NCBI RefSeq assembly: GCF_000143415.4 | Contig: NW_003314261.1 | Span: forward strand, 2,181,266 to 2,245,265 | Reading direction: 5' to 3' | Source of the DNA: Selaginella moellendorffii | Lineage: Eukaryota > Plantae > Lycopodiophyta | Length of the DNA stretch: 64,000 nucleotides | In this document: positions 12,331 to 23,445 of the stretch, piece by piece | Numbering within the stretch: position 1 is the first letter of the stretch | How the letters are laid out: the number at the start of each line of letters is the position of its first letter | Program-made: the position numbers and the translations under genes | The notes under the pieces: generated by a model | What the model saw: the letters and a program-made list of their open reading frames with translations, nothing else | The model's database searches: none | What the model was told of the DNA's origin: nothing

Positions 12331-14260
12331 GAATGGTATACAATGTCCTTCTTGATGACTCTGCAAAGAAGCATCTTGATCGGACACCACATGAGACCAC
12401 ATGAGCCTTACAATGTTTCAGGGGCATTTGCCATAGATCCGACCGTTATTTTGCTCCAAGATTCTACAATTTGGTGTGCATTGACCTTTCCATCGACACT
12501 GCAAAGGGACATCACAATCAGATGCGAGATCACAAGAAACCAACTTCACTAACTCTGGTTTCACCAAGATCTACGTAAGGAGTTATGAAATGAAAGGACC
12601 CTTTCTATTGAAATGTGTTTATGGTCCTGACATATCAAAGGATTTTGCATCAAGTTCTGTATTTGCATGTTTATCAAGCTACTGAATTGCTAAACCCTAA
12701 ACCCTAAACCCTAAACATCTGGCAAATACTGCGTGAAGTAAGATGCCCTTTCTGGGCAAATGCTGTAAGAGGCAGATGCCGAGCAGTTACACGGCGAATA
12801 ATCTTGGCGCGGATCGCTGATATGGCATGGCAAAGTTTGAATCACTGACATGGCACAGCTGGATCGAGGCAAGGACATGATGTGACAAAGTTCAACGTCC
12901 GACAGCAAAGTCTAAAAGCTACTCAGTTTGAAATTTGTCAGAGGAATTATAAGATCTGGTTTGTCAGAGGATTTGATGTGATGTTCAAGCGTGTGGGCTC
13001 ATGCAATTTTGATCCCAAAAAATGCACCAAAAAATGCTCGGCGTCATTTGGCGTTATCTCTTGAATGGTGTGGGGCCGCATGCCATTTTCAGGGGCACAT
13101 AGGAGTATAGTCCTAGAATATTCTGACATGCGCGAGATTTTTTTGAGTTTTCTGGAGATCCAACCGTTAGATTGCAACTAGATTTTACAGAATGGTATAC
13201 AATGTCTTTTTTGATGACCCTGCAAAGAAGCATTTCTATCGGACACCACATGAGACCACACGAGCCTTACAATGTTTCAAGGGCATTTGCCATAGATCCG
13301 ACCGTTATTTTGCTCCAAGATTTTACAGTTTGGTGTGCATTGACTTTTCCATCGACACTGAAAAGGGACATCACAATCAGATGCGGGATCACAAGAAACT
13401 AACTTCACTAACTCTGGTTTCACCAAGATCTACGTAAAGAGTTATGAAATGAAAGGACCCTCTTTATTGAAATGTGTTTATGGTCCTAAGGGCATTGTGA
13501 CATATCAAAGGATTTTGCATCAAGTTCTATATTTGCATGTTTATCAAGCTACTGAATTGCTAAACCCTAAACCCTAAACCCTAAACATATGGCAAATGTT
13601 GCGTGAAGAAAGATGCCCTTTATGGGCAAATGCTGTAAGAGGCAGATGCCGAGCAGATATATCTCAGGCTAGCGAAGGGGACAAACGAAAGCTAGCTATA
13701 AACATGACAGGATGCAAATAGATTACTAGGCTGGTCCTGCGAAAATCAAAAACCATAATTGAAAACATTGAAAATGCAAAAAGAAAGGTTTATAATATTT
13801 TTGAATTTTAAGCAACCAAAGGAATGTAAGTAGGGCATGTGTTTGTAAGTTTAAAAATGCCTCAACCACTTAAATTCCCAAGAAAATAAAGCTGTTTCTA
13901 TTTTTAGCACAGGTAAACTTTATAGCGTGTGGGCTCATGCAATTTTGAACCCAAAAATGCACCAAAAAATGCTCAACTAGCATTATTCTTTGAATGGCAT
14001 GTGGCCTTATATTGCCATAAATGGACGTACACACACAGCATAATTATTCCTTTACACGGCGAATAATCTTGGCATGGATTGCTGACACGGCATGGCAAAG
14101 TTCGAATCACTAACATGGCATAGCTGGATCGAGGCAAGGACATGATGTGACAAAGTTCAACCTCCGACAGCAAAGTCTAGAAGCTACTCAGTTTGAAATT
14201 TGTCAGAGGAATCATAAGATCTGGTTTGTCAGAGGATTTGATGTGACGTTCAAGCGTGTG
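12331..14260 (+). repeat. Shuffled direct repeats between the two divergent transposon genes
   Basis: Block A 12331-12786 ~ 13190-13656; block B 12787-12995 ~ 14052-14260; block C 12988-13076 ~ 13924-14005. Confidence 0.9.
12690..12716 (+). repeat. Short (CCCTAAA)n plant telomeric/telo-box tract; second copy at 13560-13586
   Basis: ctaaaccctaaaccctaaaccctaaac in both copies of block A. Confidence 0.9.
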
Positions 14261-14880
14261 TTATTTTTGAATTCTCGAACTCATTCCTAAGTCTATCATT
14301 TTTGTGCGCCGTGTTCTTGGTTCCGCTGAGCGTAGTGAGCACTGCTTGTGTAAGCGGCGTTGTGAGCTGTGGTTTATGCGTCTACAAGCGGTTGCGGCAT
14401 TGCGAGCGCCATTGCAAGCGGCAGTTTATGCGAGTGGCAGTTTGTGCGAGCGGCGCTACGAGCAGTTGCGGTGTTGCGAACGGCGCTACGAGTAGTTGCG
14501 GTGTTGCGAGCAACACTGTCTTTGGTGTGGCTACCGCTTCCTCTTGATATTCAGCACTTGTGCTTCCTGGTATGTTCACCATGGAATGGCTTAGGACCAC
14601 ATTTAGAAATGGCATGAGGCCACATGCCATCTTGGGCCCTTGCAATTTCATTGCTAGCATATTGTCATATATGTTTTTACTTGCCTGCAGTTGTGTGTAT
14701 ATCAAGATGGCATGAGGCCTCATGCCAATTTTGTGAATGCGAAATTTCACGTGGGTGTCAATAGCATGTTTGAATAATGGCATGTGGCCTCATGCTATTG
14801 AGGTTGTTTGGTATGTTATGATTTAGGCCATTCTCCAATCATTTTTTGTATGGTCTTAACTTCTTTTCTGCACTTTCAGA

Positions 14881-17800
14881 ATGGCCTTCAGGGTTGGGGA
14901 AAAGGTTTACATTTTGAATGGTGGGAAGAGAGTTGCAAAAGGGACCTTTGTGTCTATGGATCGGAACTTTGTTATACACTGTCAAAGGCTTGGGGAAGGC
15001 AATGCTGCTGTATCAGTAGAGACTGTCTTCGATGGGAATGTGGTCGCTATTGAACGAGGAGAGATGGTCGTCAGGGTAAATGTTGTTGTTGCCTTGAAAA
15101 ATCTTCAGAAGAAAGCAGATGTTGGGGACAGCGCAAGTGCGACGCATGTTCCCTCCGTGGATCTTAAGAACCGTGCTACATGGATTCAGGCAAAGGTTTT
15201 TCTAAACAACCCCGAGGGGGAGGTGGTAGCTGAGGGCTTAGCCACAGTTGTCAATCCAAGAGATGCGGTTGCTAATCAAGAATTGGGCTGGGATGATATT
15301 GGAGTTGCGATTTTAGAGGTTGTTGACACAGAAGAAAACAGTTTGACTATTGGAAGTATTGTGCAGTGGAAATTGAGGCACTTAGTGTTTGAGAATGTGA
15401 AGGATTCACAATCAAACACCACTACAACTGATGACAGAACATCTCTTCATGGGAAAAGAAAGTACACCTTCCTAAAGCGTAACCAAAGGGATCTGAGCAA
15501 CGAACCAAAAAGGCAGAAAATGGCGATGGAGGTTCGAATGGTCTCGACAGTTGCTTGTTGCAAGAGGAGGTGCTATCAACATGCTGATTGGGATGCTATT
15601 GAAGAGGAGAGAGCAAGATACAAGACATTGTCCTGGAAGGCAGCTCGCAATTTTGTGTATGAGGCATTACGGTCATCTGTTGATGATTCAGAATATCAGG
15701 TGGGGGGCATGGTCTTCCAGAGGGGTTTGGTCTGCATGAAGGCATGGAGAATCATTTATGGAGTCCCTCAAACCACATTCTATAGAATCAAAACTGAGTT
15801 CGAGGAACAAAGGGTTCAACAGGCAGTCCATGGGAACGACGGTATGCACAAAACCAGGGGTCATGTTGTATATGGAGAGGCAATCTTCAAGAGGTTTGTC
15901 GAGACATGTAGCGAGCAGCAACCACATAAAACCCGCCTCTTGGAAGATGGAACACGAGACACCCAACGAGTTCTCCCTTCCATGTATACCAAGGGGGCCA
16001 TATTGGAAGATGTGAATCGGGAACTCCAGAGTAATGGCTACAGGAAGCTGAGCCAATCTAGATTTAGTAGATTGTGGAGCAACAAGTTCAGGGATGTGAG
16101 TATAGGAAAGTACTCCAGCTTTTCAAAGTGTGACGAGTGCACTGCTATCAAAATGGCTTTGTCGAAGAATTCTTGCAACGCTCAAGAGTGAGAGACGTTG
16201 GTTAGAAGGCGGCTCGACCACAACATCGAGCAGAGAAGCTGCAAGACTGCATATTATCATAACAGGATTCTCTCCATGGAGAGACCTAACTCTTACCTCT
16301 GCATCATCCACGACAAAATGGACCAGAAAAAGACGTGCTTACCTCGACTCAATCCTGCCCCCAAGGCAATCTCTTCATCCATGCAGCTGCCTGTGTCTCT
16401 ATTTGGCATAATCGCTCATGGGCATGGTGCCCAGAACTATGGGAACTTCTTTGTACCTCTATGGGGTGGCGGGGGTGCAAACATGATGATTGCGTCCCTA
16501 GCAAAACACTTAAGGTCTCTGCAAAGTGTGCAGACTGAGCTGAACAGCTAACCCTTGCATAAGGCCCTTGTCGATCGAACCCCATACAGGGTTCAGCTGG
16601 AGGAGGAGCAAAGGCTTGCAGTATCGCGTGGGGCCCCATGCCATCCCAGTGAATATGTTGGCCGTCAGATTGTAGGGTTATCACGTGAGGCCTCATGCCA
16701 TTCCGACGAGGCTGGTCGCCCGGTGAATGCACAGCCTCATCCAAACGAAGCAGAATCTCAAAGAAGTTCTTGCGGCCGATGTGGCCTTCCACCCCATCTT
16801 CTGCTCCAAACAGACAATGCTGGCAGTGAGAACAAAAACATGTACGTCTTCACGTACTTGGCGATGCTTGTTGCCAAAGGCATATTTGAAACGGTTACAC
16901 TTGGCTTTCTCATGGTTGGGCACACTCATGAAGACGTCGATGCCATGTTCAGTCACCTGGCAGAGTCCCTCCGGCGATCCAATGTCCTCACCCTCCCACA
17001 ACTCTACGATGAATTCCAAAATTGCATCAAAGGCACTGTTGAAGCTGCACTTGTGACAGAGGTTCCAGACTTTAAGGGGTTTGTAAGAGGCTACATCAGG
17101 GACGGATCCGAAACGCTGATTGGCCACTCCAAGCCTCTTCAGTTTCATTTCAGCATGCGTGACGGTGCTCCAGTGATGAGGTACAAGATGAGAGAATGGG
17201 ACACAGTGTGGCTGCCAGTGGATGGCATTGAACTCTTCAAGAGAGATCCCATAACTGGGGAACCTATGATTCCTCAGGGTTCCCCACGGCCGATGCACCC
17301 GGATGGACTCAAAGACCAGGAAAGTATAGTGGCCGGGATTAGACAGCATATTGCCTTCTGGAAGAGGGGGTTGGTGTTTGGTGGAGAATCTTATTTTAAG
17401 AGGTGCAAGCCTTTGCTCGAATACTGGGAGAAGATTATATCTGCTATCCAAAATGGGCCGGTTGTATATGAAGAATTGGAAGAGTCCTTTTGGCCAGAAC
17501 CCAGAGCACCAGATAGTAGTGGAACAATGTCCTCTGGAAATGCAGTGACAGATAACGATGTTGAGGATCACTATTGTGGGCCGAGGAACAAGAAGCCGGA
17601 TTCAGCATTCAATCCAGTACAGGTCTGCAAAGGAATGGTCGTGCTTGTCAGACCCAGTAATAAAAAACAAATGATATGGGTGGGGCACTGCATCACTGAT
17701 GCAGAGGAGGACGCGGAAACTAACTCCTTCAATGTAACTGTGGAGTGGTTCAAGCCAAGTTCCGGATATACGAAGGATTGCCTAGAAAAGAGATGGGTGC

Positions 17801-18022
17801 TGAATCCAAGGGATCCCAGTATGAGCATATCGGTGGATAATGTTGTGCATGGTTGGATGCGGAAGCAGAGTGCCACCATCACCTTGCCAGACCATGCAAG
17901 AGATGCAACAAGAGCATTCATAACCCGGGTTCAAGGTGAGATTCATTAATATTCCTTTATTAAGTTTCTAATGTATTTTATTTCAAGGTGAACAATCCGA
18001 ATCTGAATCAGAGGAGGCGTGA
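14881..18022 (+). pseudogene. Sola1-like (DUF7869-type) DDD transposase, ~1030 aa, with two in-frame stops
   Basis: ORFs 14881-16191, 16198-16551 and 16555-17949 share one frame, broken only by TGA 16189 and TAA 16549. Motifs FSKCDEC, IIHDKMDQKK, LQTDNAGSENKN and FLMVGHTHEDVDAMFS. Probable short last exon GEQSESESEEA* after an intron at ~17936-17987. Confidence 0.85.
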
Positions 18023-19501
18023 TGGCATGTGGCCTTACGCCATTCCTAGGTGAGATGATACAAATAACAAGTATAAATTCTTAGTTGTTCTAGCAAATCT
18101 TACTTAAAGTTCAAGGTGAACAAGCCGAATATGAATTCATCGGATTGTTATAACAAATTGCAAGGTGATGGCATGAGGCAATACGCCATTTGAGAGTGGT
18201 AGCCATTCCTATATGAGGTGAGTGAAATATTTATTAGAAATACCTCATTCAATTGTGCACTTCTAAGTTTTGGTCCACTCAGTACTGTTTGCATGTTTCT
18301 ATTTTAATTCTTTCTCTAAAATGTTATTTAGCATGTGGCTTCATGCCATTGCTCTCCACAATCATGCATTGAATTTTTCTATCCTTGCATAATACTTCTC
18401 CATATATATAGCATGTGTGCACATGTGATATGGTTCATTAGGCCTGATATAGTGTGTGAGGTAAAACAAAGATGATGTGACATATGCATTTACCAATCAC
18501 ACGTGCATAAATCTAATAATATGGCGTGTGGCCCATATTAATGGCACATAAACCCATATTATGGGCTTACGTGCTTTATGTACCATCATTCCCTTGCAGT
18601 GTGTGTGTTGGTTTCCTTTTATAACACAACGAACTCCATATTTTAGGGTGAAGAGCGTTCTCATGGCAAGCACAAAATCTGTAAGTGAGGTAGAAAAGGA
18701 GACGGAGAAGGAGATAGGTGAAGATGTAGAATATATAAGTCTTCCAAACTCCCCGTACTATACTCCAGGTGATCATTTTTCTGAACAAACGGCAACATTA
18801 ACAACTATCGAGAACGCCCCAGTAACGTCAGAGACAACAATCCAAAGCAAAACAACTGACCCGGAGAAGGATGATAGTACCGCTGAGAGTACAAAAAGGA
18901 GGTGTCCACTAGCACTTAGGCTTATAATGGTGTGTGCCGTCATGCCATTTAGAGAAATAGAATGGCATGTGCCCTCAGGCCTTTTACTAAATCACCTTTG
19001 AAAGAAATGCAAGCCTCTATGTCATAAAAAAAAGGTACTAGAGAAATTCCTTAATAATATGAATGTTATTTAGTTTCATGAAAATACACTAAGGGTCAAA
19101 TGAGTTAAATGACTTCTCCAGACTAGCAATGCCTCTTGCTACACCTTCACAATTAGATTCGTTAGAAAAAGATAACATTGAATAATATCTAAATGTTCTC
19201 ACCATTAAGTTATATGTTTGGCTAATAGGAATGACGTTCATCTTGGAAAGCTCACCAGATGCTCAATGAACAAACAAATAGTGTGTGCGCACATGCCATC
19301 GCTCTTCTTTAGCTTCAGATTCGACTTGTTCACCTTGACAATGAGATTTATTATACAACCAGATGGACTCAGTCTGGACACAAAGTCACCGCGCTAGTCA
19401 CCATGCCCCAGATATGTCTAGCCCCTGGACAAAAAACATATAATTTCACGTCATTTTCAAATACTTGAAAATTTGTACCTAGTCCCATTTTACTGAATAA
19501 A

Positions 19502-19525
19502 TCCCACTTTAACGAAATAGAGCTT
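19502..19525 (-). repeat. Right terminal inverted repeat
   Basis: tcccactttaacgaaatagagctt followed by TATA. Confidence 0.9.
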
Positions 19526-19644
19526 TATAGTTTTTTGTTCAACTGGAGGCTTCAACTCTAGAGGAGGTTCCATCTTCGCCTTGGTTCTTTTATGCCCTGC
19601 TTATATCCTTTGCTAGAACTGAGGAAAAGGCTTTGATACCAAAT

Positions 19645-20454
19645 TGTAAACCACAAATTTTTCCTTTCTAATTTGCTAGTTTACTTTGTCCATCCAACCA
19701 CCACTGCCTTGGCCTTAATTAAATTCTCTTGCCAAAGTTTCTACCTATGGTACTAACTCCCATTTGGTCCTATTTGACTTTAGCTACTCACTGCACAAGC
19801 AACAAAGTGTTAGCCATCCATTCATGAATTCCCAAATTCTTTCCCAACCCCCCTCCTCGGGTTAGACTGGATTTAAGGTTTGACTACCCTTCATACAGGC
19901 ATAAGTAGCTAAGCACACGAAACCTCCAGATTCCTAATATCCCTTGGCATAATAAGACTTGATCATAGGACCCTTTAAATCTCAAGCCTTGGGTGCAACA
20001 CTTGCTTCAAAACACCAGGGGGAAACACCATGGCCTAGCAGCTTAGTATAAATACCCTTACTCCCACACTTCTATCCTAAAATGAAGGCACAAGCCCCTA
20101 GGAAAGGTGAGGACTAATGAGTTGCAAGGTACTCAAGTGGGGCACCACTCCACATGAGTCGGGAGCATTGCAATTGGTTTCCTTCAAAATTAGTTTTTGG
20201 ACCTCACTATCTCTACTATTCTTCTGCCCGCCCCACCCGGCCCACCCCCCCCCCCCCCCCCTATCAGATGAATGCTTTGAGCTTTCATTCCACAACCTAT
20301 ATTAGTATTTGGACTCGGTCTTAGACTCGATCTCGAACCTGACCTTGGACTCATTTCTAGACTCGATCTTAGACTTAGTCTTATCCAATACCATTCTAGT
20401 TGTGGTTCTCGGGATCATTTAACCTATGACACTTCAAGGAATTGGTTCCTTACC
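19645..20454 (-). mobile_element. LTR of a decayed LTR retrotransposon, with adjacent PBS
   Basis: Begins TGTAAACCAC, preceded by GATACCA (reverse complement of PBS TGGTATC). Homologous to 20926-21122, 26741-27923 and, inverted, 28244-29352. Confidence 0.75.
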
Positions 20455-22149
20455 ACCTATAAAAGAAGTTCAATACCTATATTGAATATCTCTTTTTAAT
20501 TCTATGATTTGTTGACTATGTCTCCAAGGGCATCCCCCCACTTAGTGGTGTGCTTAAGTAAGCCTATTTAGTTAAGAGTTTATAACAATGGGATACAAGT
20601 GGCTCTATACCCTCGAGAAGTATTTCACCTTTCCCAACATATCAAATAAGTCCTTAATTCTTGATAAAGGGTACTTGTTTTTCTTAAATGTTCAATTGAG
20701 CCTTGGACGACCGAACCTCTCCACTAAACTTCTGTTTGGAAGTTTCCTTATTAGAGTTGTCTTCGTGCAAGGATTCCTCATCCATAACTTCTTGTTTGAC
20801 TAAAGGCTCAAGCTCCAAAAGAGGTTCTATCTCTGCCTTGGTTCTTTTATACCCTACCTTAGCCATCTCTCAGTATTCCACCTCTATCCTTCACTAGAAC
20901 TAAGGAAAAGGCTCTAATACCATATTGTAAGCCATAAATTTTTCCTTTCCAATTTACTAGCTTACCTCGTTTATCCAAACACCACGGCCTTGGCCTTAGT
21001 TAAGTTCCCTCGCTAAGGTTCTTGCCCATTGTACCATCTCCTACTTGGTCCTATTTGGTTTCAGCAACTCACTACATGAACAACAAAGCATTAGCCATCC
21101 ATCCACAGCTTCTCAAATTCTTTAGGACTCGAACCTAACCTCCATAGAATACATCTATGGATTCAACATCCTCCTAGGGAGTCCAATGAAGCTAACTATG
21201 CTTGGCTAACCCATAGTAATTAGTTTACCTTCGGCACGCCTTCGAGTCCCAATATGTGACAATGCTCATTTTCACAAATGGATACTTTAATTGAACTTTA
21301 CATAAATACATAAAGTTTTACCTTGCCAAAATTCCTCCAATAAATCTCGCACATTCGCCAGGTTCTCTTTCGGTTCCCATATTGCTTTGTAATGTGGAAA
21401 TCCTTTCTATTTCATATGGAACTCCCTCACTTCATGTCCTTGTCACTTGCTCTTATGTGCATTGAGAATGGCCTCAACTTTGTATTCCTCTTCCTCTTGG
21501 ATAACCTTAAGTAAATGTCTTATTTGGTCCTTGCGAAGCGGATCCTCAAAGTAAGTTCATATGGAATATAGAGTGTATCTTCCCCATCTCTTGAGAAAGT
21601 CAGAGGTGGTAAGCCATTTTACCAATTCGAAGCTTAATCTTATAAGGCCTCACAAACCTACTTAAGGAACTTAAGATTAGTTTATTTCTAAAAATATATA
21701 CATTTTACCTTTGGGTCAACTTCTAGCTGATCCCACTTGGTAACCTTAGGTTCTTAGTGTTCAGCCACACCTTCTCCCCAAGTTCGAACTTTACATCCTG
21801 GCTCTTCTGATTGTAAGACATAAATCCCTAAGCCCTAAAGTGGAGCCAAAAGGGTAATAGCTGAAGCAGAAGCTAAATGAGGGTAACACATTTGGACTAA
21901 AAGCTTTGACTTGGATAGTCAAGAGTGGGAGTGGAACTCCCAACGAAGTGCTCGAGAAATGAGCTCGAAACAAGCAGTAAGTGAGTCTCTAGAAAAAGGA
22001 CATAAAAGGACCAACACATAACACATGGAAGTGTTAAATAGAGTTTGAGAAGGAGTTTGAGATGGAGAGCACGAAGCAAGCAGTAAGTGAGTCTCTAGAA
22101 AAGGGACATAAGAGGACCAATATATAACATGTGGAAGTGTTAAATAGAG

Positions 22150-22795
22150 TTCGAGAAGGAGTTGGAGTCCAAGAAAGAGTCTAAGATGGAGTTTGAGATA
22201 GACCTGAGTGTAAGCTCTTAAGTTTGGACTTCACGGGAAGTCACCCAACCCAATACTATTCAAACCCAAGGACGCTTAACCTTAAGTATCCTAAGACCCT
22301 TAACCAATTGGAAAAAGGGGTGCACTCTTATTCATAGCCCTTTCCCTCTATATTTGAACCCTTATGGATCGCTTCTCGAGTTATTCTCTTTGGTTTCTTA
22401 CATTGAGAAGGAGTCTGAGATGGACCCAAGATGGACCTGAGATAGAGTCTGAGATGGACCCAAGACAAAGTCCAAGATGGAGTCCGAAATGAACCCGAGA
22501 TGCAATCCAAGATAGATCTGAGATGGAGTCTGAGATGACTCCAAGATGGAGTCCAAGATGGAGCCTGAGATGGACCCAAGATGGAGTTCAAGATGGACCC
22601 GAGATGGAGTCCAAGATATACCTAAGATAGCTTCCAAGATGGACTTGAGATGGAGTCTGAGATGGACCCAAGATGGAGTTCGAGTTCAAGATCGAGATTG
22701 AGACTGAGACTGAGGCTAAAACCAAGACCGAGACTGAGATTAAGACCGACTCTGAGACCAAGTCTGAGTCCAAGTCTGAGTCTGAGTCTGAGGGT
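22150..22795 (+). repeat. Degenerate 12-bp/6-bp tandem minisatellite ((C)CRAGATGGAS / GAGWCY)
   Basis: Runs such as gagatggagtctgagatggacccaagatggagtt; similar hexamer arrays at 20310-20382, 27332-27415, 27695-27843 and 28324-28572. Confidence 0.85.
22209..22402 (-). mobile_element. Cassandra solo LTR
   Basis: Close copy of 4325-4518 with TG...CA ends; flanks CTGAG/TTGAG. Confidence 0.88.
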
Positions 22796-23445
22796 AAAAG
22801 CCTAAAGCGTTCGTTTCCTAGACCTTAGGGGGTTTGATGAGCTCCAAAAGTATAGTAGGGGGAGGACTCTAGTGGAGCCAGTTTGGCTAGAAAAAGCTAG
22901 TGTGACCAAGGAAGGCTATACCCATATGGTGGGTGATGATAAAAACACGAAGGAGTCCAAAGCTAGAGTGAATATAGTAAGACAATTAAGGTAGCTTAGT
23001 GAAGTGTTCAAGAGCCAACTCTAGCTCCCCCGGGAAATCAAATGGTCGATGCTCCCAATCCGAGTCATAGTTTAAGACCTTGGGATGACATTTCAAAACA
23101 CTGTGGCCCTACGTAAGCCTCATGAGTACTCTCCCCACCTTTTGCCTTTAAGTGCCCTAGCCATATGGCTGGAGCGAGGTTTTGATGAGTCACGTCAGGT
23201 ATCCACATAGGTAGTGCCACCCACAAAAGGAAGAAGAATAATGCTTTGGTGTAGTGACCAAGAATATGGTTATATGGTGAGGAAGTTCTAGAGGACAATA
23301 AGAGTTAATGGTTGGGCCTTTGGGCCTTGACCCAATAGCAATGTTAATGAGCACTACTGTGGATGAAGAGGGATTTGGTGGGGACGGAAGAAGAGATATT
23401 GGGGAAGGGTGTTCCCTATATCTTTGGGCATCCTAAGGGTTCTAT

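Larger units (their letters stand above)
6010..19299. repeat. Dispersed 22-bp palindrome ATGGCRTGwGGCCwCAYGCCAT (~25 copies)
   Basis: Copies start at 6010, 7087, 7162, 8375, 8566, 8707, 10205, 11482, 11542, 11619, 12986, 13065, 13922, 13994, 14609, 14707, 14777, 16623, 16680, 18022, 18168, 18328, 18408, 18927, 18962 and 19278. Confidence 0.93.
5636..19525. mobile_element. ~13.9-kb TIR DNA transposon (Sola1-like) carrying a large cargo gene
   Basis: TIRs AAGCTCTATTT(T/C)GTTAAAGTGGGA at 5636-5659 and 19502-19525 (23/24 match), each flanked by TATA. Internal DDD transposase. The 22-bp palindrome is confined between the TIRs. Confidence 0.88.

Noticed and set aside
12690-13586. Telomere or chromosome-fusion scar
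   Set aside because: Only ~3.5 units, duplicated as part of a larger internal repeat of the transposon.
16693-17571. 292-aa antisense ORF, and similar long antisense ORFs over the DnaJ, RACK1 and GLTSCR1 genes
   Set aside because: Shadows of real coding strands; no recognisable motifs.
6010-19299. Palindromic repeats as a CRISPR array
   Set aside because: Spacing is irregular (35 bp to >1.5 kb), copies lie in introns and exons, there are no cas genes, and the context is eukaryotic.
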